Positions 23,765 to 32,827 of a DNA stretch of 34,868 nt are shown piece after piece; positions within the stretch are counted from its first letter, which is position 1; every line of letters starts with the position of its first letter. Where the stretch lies: NCBI GenBank assembly GCA_900088475.1, contig FLMG01001271.1, forward strand, positions 1 to 34,868, given 5' to 3'. The notes under the pieces are model-generated. The model was not told the DNA's origin and searched no databases. It saw only the letters and a list, made by a program, of their open reading frames with translations. The translations under genes were made by a program, and so were the position numbers. The DNA comes from Hyphochytrium catenoides. Lineage: Eukaryota; Protista; Hyphochytriomycota.

Positions 23765-25506
23765 GCTGGTGGTGGTGGATCGCTTCGTTAGTTCTGACGA
23801 TGCAAACGGCAGCGTAACGAAGAAGCGCCGCTAAGAACAGGTGTGGTCTCGTATCCAAAGGACCCTCCTTGGTCAACCCCACTTCAATATCCTTCCACTA
23901 TGGCGGAGTTCCTATAATACCGTCTTTCAACGACTTCTCTTTCGTCTACCACGAGGCACTCTTTCGGTCTCTGCTCCGTGATGACTTTATAACCGTCCTA
24001 CTCATCTCGCAGTTCACCTCTACGTTTTGAAGATCCTCGATATCTTCTTGGTTGCAGGCCCGATAATCGCTCTTCAGACTCTGTCGCAGCGGCGAATCCA
24101 AGCGGCAAAAGGGCGGAAGTCGAAAGAAATCCGGCGATCTTCCCCTAGCGTGCATTCTGGATAGGAGGCCAGAGGTATGGCCTCTATTTAGGCAAATATC
24201 TTCAATGATCAAGCTTATCCGTGATATGCTATAGTACTTGGCAGGTACTTGACAATTACATTACAAGTACACGTAGAACGTACCGTAGTAGGGTTTTGAT
24301 AGTTACCTACTTGTTGTTTGTACTTGATATTTGTATGATTTGGTACTTGCGGTACTGGTCATGAGGATTTTGTTGAGGAATCATCATGATTAGGACGTTT
24401 TCTCTTCGTTTATCCTCATCAAGATAGAGCTCTCTTCTTCTTCTGCTGGGGCTAGCGATGAAGGAAGGATAATAATAATTCAAGGAACTGTGAGTGGAGC
24501 TCTTTTGCCCTCATTATTGGGACGATCTCTGTACCGTCGTCCTGCTGCATACTACATCCACTACACGAAGGAGGAGGAGGCAGCGGTGCTGGCGCGGCGG
24601 GGGACTCTTCTTGCCATCCATCATCATCATCGTCAAGTTCTAAAGTAATAGGAGGAGTGTAACTCTTCTATATACCATCATCTGCAACAAGGGGCAGAAG
24701 AACCATTTTATAGAGGAGGAAAACAAACAAATGTGACAGAAGGAGACCACGAACGCAAGAACAGCACTGACCGATTAGCTATATGGCTGTCTGATTTTTT
24801 CAAATTTTCGCGTTTGATAATCAAAACGTAGAACTCATCCATCGATTTTCTCATTGTAGAACACCATTTACCAGAAATACATGCCGGAAAATTAGAAAGA
24901 ACGCATTGCTTGGGGTAACTTTCCCTTGCACACCATATGTAGAATCCACCCCCACCATCAATATTACTATCTATTAGGGGTGTCCTCTACCTATGTAGCC
25001 AGAGATGTCCGAGCCGCTTGACTTCACTTTAACGGCTGTTGGTTCTCGGCAGCGCGGAGACTCATCTTCATACTTTCCACCGCAACGCCAAAACCGGAGA
25101 AAAACGATTTCTTGGATTCACATTTCAAAGTTCAGCTCCGCGGGTTCTGACCTCCTGAATTCTGACTCTTCGTCTCGGCTCCCATCATCAAGGGATAGAG
25201 CCAGCGCTATCCGTGTTACCTGCTTGCTGTCTTCAGCGGGCGGTGCTCAATAGTGGATGATCGACAAGCATTAAGTGTGAACCGTCTTGAGATCATTGAA
25301 GCGCAGGAAGCGCTGTTCCCACCCTTCTGTGGTCTTGCTTGTGTCCCTTTGGCATTCACGGAGGGCAATAAAGGTGGAAGTGTGTCCTCTCTCTGACTGT
25401 AAATTGGACGTGTTGATCCTTACCTGCTTCTTTTTGTCTTAGAATTCTGGTGTGAGGAAAGAACGGCATTTTCGATCGAAGCTTCCGGACAAGGGCTAAG
25501 CGTAAT

Positions 25507-26999
25507 ATGGATCGAAGTCACCCTATGCATGGTGCATCGGGAGATGTTGGCTCCGGCCATAATCCGTTTTCCCTTCCCCATATCGTGGATCAGCCTTACT
25601 TAAATCAAAGCCTGGCCGGCGTAGATGGTGCTCCGTTTGGAGCTCCATCTCATGATATCATGCCAGTTCGCAGAGGCCGAGGAAGGCCTAGAAAATATCC
25701 GGTGGGCGAGAAGCCGCCCAAAAAGGCAAAGAAAGAGAAACCTCCAGTGCCTATCGTTACTCCCCTGATACCTCCAGAAGGCTATGTAGCCCCGGGAAAC
25801 TCTAGTAAATCGGTGCACCAAAAGGCTGCATTGATGAGGCTGTTCGAACAGGATCAGACTCCAAAGAAGGATGCTATCAGGGATGTCGTGATGAAAACTG
25901 GGCTTGATTACAGGGAGTGCCTCAAATGGTTTGTAGGTCAGCGTGGAGCAGCCAAAAAGAAAGGGAAGGGCAATGAAGAGGAAGGAACCACCGGCGGAGA
26001 AACCGCTGCAGGTTCGAGCCAGAAAGTAGAGGAGAAAGAATCTCCTAAGCCCATGGAAGAGGCGGAGCTCAGCAGCACACGGCCCGCGGCTCGCCCCCGC
26101 CCAGACGTAACAAACCTTACCAAATCTCAAACCAAGGCCGCAAGGGAGTGGGCCTGCCAATATTCTTTGGTTGACGATTTGGCTGAGAAAGAATATATGA
26201 TTCACCAGCTGGTGGACCAGCTTAATGTTAAGAGGCGGAAAGAGCTCAGGAATCTGCTCGTCAAAGAACCCTTACGTCTGGAAATTCCGAAAAATTTTAA
26301 AGTTAGGAAGAGTGCAGCGGACCCCTCTTTGACCCGTGATGCGCTGATTGAGCGTGCCGATCACTGCTGGAGTTATCTGAAGCAACGGTTCGGAGCACAG
26401 GAGAAGGAACCGGGCGAGGAGAACTGTCTGGATGAGAGTAAGCTGCCGTCGTGTCTCTCTCGCATACATTCTTCTCACCCATGTTTCTGCTGTTGCTATT
26501 GTTCACTTTGCTCACTTCTTGCTTCTCGGAGTAGGAACGGGTTGCTCTATTTATCGCACACCCTAATCTTTCCACTATTAGCCCCTGATGGGCTTCTGCT
26601 GTGACTAGTCTAACTTGTCCTACATACGCAGATGGCAATTTGTTGCTTGATGCTGCCATGGTGGCCGGGCTAGAGGCGATGTTTTCCCGGCATCGCGACT
26701 ATTTTATGGCCCTTGTGTACCGCTTCAACATCAAAGGTGTGATAGCTAACCTTGAACTGAAACCATAGGGACGGATAGCAATGGATATTTGTATATTCTT
26801 CCGTCTTTTGCCTGACGTCTTCATGGCTTCCTCTTTCGATTCTGTAGACATGTTCCGCCGGCAGATTGTTAAGGAGGCTCGTTCAGAGTTTGAAGGCAAG
26901 AAGAAAGTTGGGACAAAGAGGACCGCTAAGGACTCCAAGTCGCCTTCGGCAGCAAAGAAAGTAAAGAGACAGGATTCGGGGTCTATCGGATATGTCTGA
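25507..26999 (+). CDS. Putative nuclear DNA/chromatin-binding protein with AT-hook and atypical homeodomain (about 3 coding exons)
   Basis: AT-hook RRGRGRPRKYP (~25669-25701). Homeodomain-like QKAALMRLFEQDQTPKKDAIRDVVMKTGLDYRECLKWFVGQR. Splicing GAGA|GTAAGC (~26438) to CAG|ATGGC (~26632) and AAAG|GTGTGA to TAG|ACATG keeps the frame to the stop at 26997-26999. Basic NLS-like C-terminus. Confidence 0.8.
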
Positions 27000-27253
27000 G
27001 AGAGGATGTAGAATCCAAGTTGCACACTGCGAGATTGATACTGATCTAGACGAGGGACCACACAGAGAGTTGAGGAGAAAGGCATAGCAAGCAATGCAGT
27101 TCTCAGAGAATGATGTTTAACTTGTAACATTATTTGTGATTGAGTTGATGCTTTAACACATCATTAAAAGCCTTATGGCCCCATGCGTATACTTTCCCTT
27201 CCCAATCTCTTCTCTTTTCCCCTAAACAGACCAATTACATTCGAAGCCTATGC

Positions 27254-28568
27254 CTACTCGTCATCGTCATCATCATCTGCCATCTCATCCGCCTCGATTG
27301 ATTCCTTGGCCCAGGTCTCAGCCTCATCCCTGATAACAATGTACAGTTGGCGACGCGGAATAATTAGGAACCGATCGGTATACGATGAGTCCAGGAGAAC
27401 ACGGAGGGTCCAGGAGAAGACGGGGGGATTCGAGTCACATGAGCTTGACAAAATGCAAGAATGGAACAATATGGCGAAGCTGACCTGATCTCTTTCGGTA
27501 CCATACGGTGCTTCCATTGAGTCTCCTCACAGATCCAGCTAAGNNNNNNNNNNNNNNNNNNNNNNNNNNNNNNNNNNNNNNNNNNNNNNTTTTCAATCTC
27601 TGTCTGCGCGTTGTTGCGCCCTTTACCAATGGCACAGCCTCGGTATCGCTGAAGAGGACGAGAGTCAAGCGCTGATTACGTCTGATGTCCAAGGGCATCC
27701 TCTGCTGTTTCGGTGACTATGACACTGATTATCCTTCACCTTCTCTAAGCTCTCTTTCCGTACACTCTTTCTCAATCGCTTCATACTGAATGAAAAGACC
27801 ATACTTCATGCTTACCCATGACTGGCCAGACGGCTCTACCATCGACAGGAAGGGCTTGCTACTCTCTTCATCATAGCCAGCAATCATGATAGAGGCACCG
27901 AAAGGCCGAAGCGCACCGGTGAGTGTGAAATAGTGCACGTAGTGGCTGATCCTCTCGGTAAGTATCTAGGGAGCGATGCTTAGAAAGATTGAGGAATTTG
28001 CTCTTCCAAGTAATTCACCTGAGGGGGAATAGGTTCGCCATAGGTCTCCCTGTACTTCTGAGCCTCCTCTCGAGCTCTGTTGATCAACTGCCGCCCGTCT
28101 GCGCCGAGACCTGACACAGCCTGGAAGGGGTGGGTCCTGGTTAGTGAAGGAAGCAGAGAAGATCTAAACCCACTTGAGTAACGCAAACCTACCGCGCCGA
28201 GATGATAGTCAATGTGATGAATGCGCCGGTTTGTCCCTGCCACCAGCATTTTTGATATCAGAACCTTCTCAACGCCGAGGATCACGCCATCTCTGCATCT
28301 AACGCCGATGCCAGTGCTACACATGGATCGCCCGTGGCATAAGAATACATGACGAGGTGTTCTTAGCTGCTTGATGACACTTTACTAACCCGCTGTTTCC
28401 TGCCGCCTTCTCGGCGTATTCTAACTGGTAGATCCTTCCATCTGGGGAGTAAGTTGAAGAAGAAAGATCATACTGCGAGGAGCGAACATGTTAGATATAG
28501 GAGGCTTACGTAGCAGCGGACGGTCGCAAGCAGGACATTTTACTCACCCCACCACCGGTGCTACTCAT
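27254..28568 (-). CDS. PSMA3: 20S proteasome subunit alpha type-3 (alpha7), multi-exon, spans an assembly gap
   Basis: MSSTGGG|[25 protein letters not shown]|[17 protein letters not shown]...NRRI; [17 protein letters not shown]; LRPFGAS; MVEPSG..W|[20 protein letters not shown]; LSWICE; acidic tail [12 protein letters not shown], typical of alpha7/Pre10. Confidence 0.95.
27544..27589. other. Assembly gap (N run) inside PSMA3
   Basis: 46 Ns between the TEIEK and LSWICE codons. Alpha7 normally has more residues here than 46 nt can encode, so the true gap is probably longer. Confidence 0.95.
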
Positions 28569-29030
28569 GGTGCCTTCGAATATAAAGGCCTTTGCTTCTC
28601 GCAACACAGGAGTGGGTCTCTTTTTATCTGAAAAGCCAGGTTCAAAGGTTCGCCTGAGTCGGGAAGCAAGCTCTGATCGCTGATCCGCAAATGCCAGATA
28701 TCTGAAGCTCGTTCATAGAGATCTGAAGAAAATCTTCGTTGACAGGCAAAAAGACACTGAATTCGGTGGAACCCCAAATCCTTCAAAAGCCCCATACATA
28801 CCAATGATCTCCGATAACACACTCCAGATCCGTCATACCGCAAAGATATTTTGAGGATACAGCCCAGCACTCTGAACTTCTGAGGTACATGTACAGCGCA
28901 CCATCGCTCGAAAAGCAGGAAGGAACAGAAGGCCAATCCTTTTCTCAATCTGGAAGGCTTTTATTTGTGATGATGGAGAGATGTCGCTTGATTGATGACT
29001 TAGACAGTTATGCCTATTCTGAATAGGGTA

Positions 29031-29051
29031 GTTTAGAGTTTAGAGTTTAGA
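29031..29051 (+). repeat. Tandem heptamer (GTTTAGA)x3
   Basis: Three perfect copies in the intergenic region between PSMA3 and the coiled-coil gene. Confidence 0.8.
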
Positions 29052-29398
29052 ACACTTTGCTCAGAGGGGAGCACTGGGAAGGATAGTAAGGTTTCCTAGG
29101 ATGTCAAGAAGATCAGCAGACCAACAATACAATAATCGTAGGATCTCCGCAGTTACTGCGCGGCGGCGGCAGCTTGCAGGCTGATCAGAGACACTGAGAC
29201 AGATGGACTTGTGGCGATGGCTGCTCTGACTTCGGAGCCGCCATCAAAGAAGTGACGGAAGGAGTGGACTGCCCAGGCCAAGCTGCTGCCTTTCCCAATC
29301 TGGCGCCAACCGCCCTCAGCGAAAGAGTGGGCCCTTTCTTAGGTGAAGCTTCATTTGCAGGGAGGCAACCAAGGCTGCTGCATCAGCAAAGGCGAGAT

Positions 29399-32290
29399 AT
29401 GGCACAATTCAAGAGTGCCAGAGCCCTGGTGCTGTTGGTCCTGCTGTCTCTGGTCCTAATTCTATTTCAAACAAGGGCAGACGATGGCAAAGGTGGAGTT
29501 GTGCTTTCGGAATTGAAGTACCGTCACCTACGCCACTACATTTCAGCTAGTTTTTTCATGGCGCCGTTATCTGCAAAAGCTAACTTATTCTTCTGTACCT
29601 CCTTCAGTTTGCATCGCTCCTGAACGCCTGGATGAGGTCGTAAAGGAGAAGGATGCTCAAGAGAAGGTAACCACCACTTAACTTTCTGTTGCTTTGAAAG
29701 GTCCTGTGACTCATAGAAGCCTTCCTTTTCTATTTAATTGGATAGGCTCTCAAGGCGGAGGTAAGAACCATCATGAGAAGGCGACCGATCTCTCGATCTA
29801 GCGCCATGTCCGTTATGTCGGTCTCTTTCCGCTGGTGCTGGACCCGGAGTGGGTGTTTATCACCTTGCTGATATCTTTGCCCCTCAGCTTGAAGGACTGA
29901 GAACCAAGGCTGCCCTACTTCAAGAACAGCTCGAAGCAGAGGTAATGCAGACAACTGGCATATTCTATTCTTTTATTAAAAACGGCACTTCTCTTTTTCC
30001 AGAGCAAGAAGCTTGCCACACTTAGAACGGAAAGCGATGCCGCTGCTGAGGACGCCGCGCGACGTCTATCCAAGGCAGAAGAGGAAGCAGCAGAGCTAAA
30101 GAGGCAGCAAACCGATGCTGTCGAGAGTCTGCTACAGTCCCGCATGACGTTGGGAAAGCTACAGAAGGACCTACAGGCAGCGGAAGCGAAGGTACCTCAA
30201 GAGGTGGGTCAAGAGCTGGAGACCCTCAGAGAACAGCTGAAAACTCTTCAAGGAGAGACGGAAGGATCCAGGAGTCGGGCCAAAGAGCTTGAGAGTCAAC
30301 TTCAATCTTTGAAAAAAGAAGCAGAGGTAAGCTGTCTCCCCTTTTTGCATTTAATCTTGCCGACCCTATACGGCTGTTTTTTCTTCGGTACGTTCTGCGT
30401 ATGCGAAATTCCTGCCATCGCAAGATGACAATGAATGCGGTCTCTCCTTGTCTCACGCTTCCCCAATATGTTATCTCACGCTATTTCTGGACACAGAGCG
30501 CAAAAGATGCGCTTGCCAAACTCGATCAAGAGAAGTCTGCGGCGCAGGAGATAATTGGAAAGCTTCAGGCCCAGGTCGCGAGCCTCGACGAAGAGGTAAA
30601 CCACCGTGACAAGTACACTTCAGTTCTCAATCACCTTGCATCGCTTAGGACCGGCTTACACAGAACTGCGACTAACATCTGTTAACCGGGTCCTTTTGCC
30701 ATGTCTTGCAGCTAAAGGACCGTCTCGGTAGGGCAATGGACTCCGCAAAGAGTGAGGTCTCGTCTCTGAAGAACCAACTCCGGGTCACTGTGTCGGAGCT
30801 GACTGCGGTATGTTGAGAGTATAACCGCAAGGGCCATCTATACTGATGCTGAAGCACTACTTCTCAGGCAAGGAGGTCTCTTAACCTGAAGGCCTGGGCT
30901 GAGGATAGGCTTGAGGATAGCTCGAACTTCCTTTCCTTTCTTTTCGACAAGGCAGTCGAGCATGGCTCATGGCTAGCTCAGGAGGGAAGGGTTCACACCT
31001 TAACCGCTAGAAAAAGCGTTTTGAACCTTTATGAAAAAGAAGTTAGTCCGGTCGTAGGAAGCTACGTCGATTCAGCCAAAAAGACGGGTGGGAAGGTGTA
31101 CGACGAGTACCTGAAGGAGCACGGTATGCATGCGTCTCCTCTTTTTTGAGCAGACTCTCTATCATCTGTTCCACTAATCTCTTACCTCTTCATGACCTTT
31201 CCTGTGCTCCTCACGCATTCAAGGTTCCCAGATTCCTTCTGCCCTCCTTTGCCCTTCTCGAGTTACTTGTCCCGCGTCCCGCTTTTACGTCCTATTTGAG
31301 CGTGTGCTAACGGCCGTCTGCAGTTGATCCCTTGCTCTCGCAGGCCGACGAAGCACTGGGGCCGCACATTAAGGAGGTAAAGTAATGTGTATGAATAGGA
31401 CTGACTCCTAAATCTAACACTCTGTCACTCCACTTGCCCATTCATTTTCCTCATGGCTGCACAGCTGAACCGTGCCTGTTCCGCTTTGCACAAGGAAGCA
31501 AGTGCCCATTTGGAGACTTCATATAAGGCTGGCAGTCAGTACTTCTTCACATACCGGCAGCATGCCATTGACACGTTGAGCAAGTATCCGCAGGTGTCTT
31601 CACTTCCAGATACTATCTTCTCTTACAGCCCTCTCATCTGGCCATATTTCTCCTCTTCCCTCTCTCTACCACTGTTCTCCTGGTACTTTGTGGATCCCTT
31701 GCCCCTCCGTCATCAGTTCTCGTCGCCATTTCCCTCTATTACTAGCACATCCCTTTGCTGACGCCACTTCAATGAAATCCTCGTTTCATGTGCAGATCAA
31801 AGACTATGCGAAGACCATCGTTGACTCCTTAATAGCGGTAGTAGCTGCTGTGCTGGGAGTGAACCTCTCCCTGGTTCTGCTGCGGCTAGCGTTCAACATC
31901 ATCACCACCCTCCTTTATTACGGATTATGCTGTTGCTGCTGCAGCCGAAGGTAGGCAAGCACCTCCTAGTTTATAGTTGAATACCGCCCTTCTTGCCCTT
32001 CTCGGCGCTCTTCTATCCTTTGCGCTTGACCATTTGTGGCCTTGTTGCTTCTTTTTCCGAGCCGATGGGCCACTTTGCTCCGTACTCTCCCTCAAGCACT
32101 ATTCAATCCTCTGCTCCTTAGCTTACTTCGAACCTCTCCTCACATATTAAATAACAGAGCAAGCAAGGGGAATGGCCCACAGTCCGCCACGATGAAGAAA
32201 AGACCTAGCGTCTCTTCCACTTCGTCATCGGGCTCTACAGGCACAGCTGGAGGGAAGAAGAAGAAGAAGGCTCCCTCAGCTACCAAATAG
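29399..32290 (+). CDS. Uncharacterised signal-peptide + long coiled-coil + C-terminal transmembrane protein (about 12 exons)
   Basis: MAQFKSARALVLLVLLSLVLILFQTRA (signal peptide-like). GT-AG exons splice in frame through heptad-rich segments (KEKDAQEK|ALKAE|LEGLRTKAALLQEQLEAE|SKKL...KKEAE|SAKDAL...DEE|LKDRL...). Hydrophobic SLIAVVAAVLGVNLSLVLLRLAFNIITTLLYYGL, then CCCCC and a basic tail GKKKKKAPSATK* (TAG 32288-32290). Confidence 0.8.
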
Positions 32291-32524
32291 GGGAGTCGTT
32301 ACCGTAGGATATTCAGGAGACATTATCGCTATTTGACTTCTATTACTAATATACAATGAGCTATTATGAATAATGAGCCTCGAGGCTCTTTGAGCAGGGA
32401 TCTTTCTCGTCCTCATCGCATCAAAAGAGAGAGAGAGAACTTGGAGAGAGACAGAGAGAGAAAAGAAGAAAAGGAAGAGATTTATTGAGCGCATTTGTAG
32501 GCCTTGACAACGCAGAAACCATCT

Positions 32525-32642
32525 NNNNNNNNNNNNNNNNNNNNNNNNNNNNNNNNNNNNNNNNNNNNNNNNNNNNNNNNNNNNNNNNNNNNNNNNNNNN
32601 NNNNNNNNNNNNNNNNNNNNNNNNNNNNNNNNNNNNNNNNNN
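32525..32642. other. Assembly gap (N run)
   Basis: Run of Ns between the coiled-coil gene and BRAP2. Confidence 0.98.
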
Positions 32643-32827
32643 CATGGAGACAGAGAAAGTCTGCTGGCCCTTGCCTAAGATAAGAAGGTGAGGGTGACCG
32701 CTCTGCCAAAGGCAGGCACGGGCCGTACAGAGTCCTTCAAAGAGCGGGGACTATCAAAAGCTTACTACTCTACGGAAGAAGAGAGAGCTGGAGCTGCAAG
32801 GGAGAATGATGAGCCGAGCATGAGACT

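Noticed and set aside
27544-27589. Apparent frameshift or truncation of PSMA3 (pseudogene)
   Set aside because: Caused by the assembly gap; the conserved sequence is intact on both sides.
28565-28948. 127-aa minus-strand ORF upstream of PSMA3, and the 23946-24212 ORF upstream of RPN2
   Set aside because: Non-ATG starts, no domains, and both lie in promoter regions.
29031-29051. (GTTTAGA)x3 as a telomeric or telo-box repeat
   Set aside because: Only resembles TTTAGGG. There is no perfect telomeric unit and just three copies.
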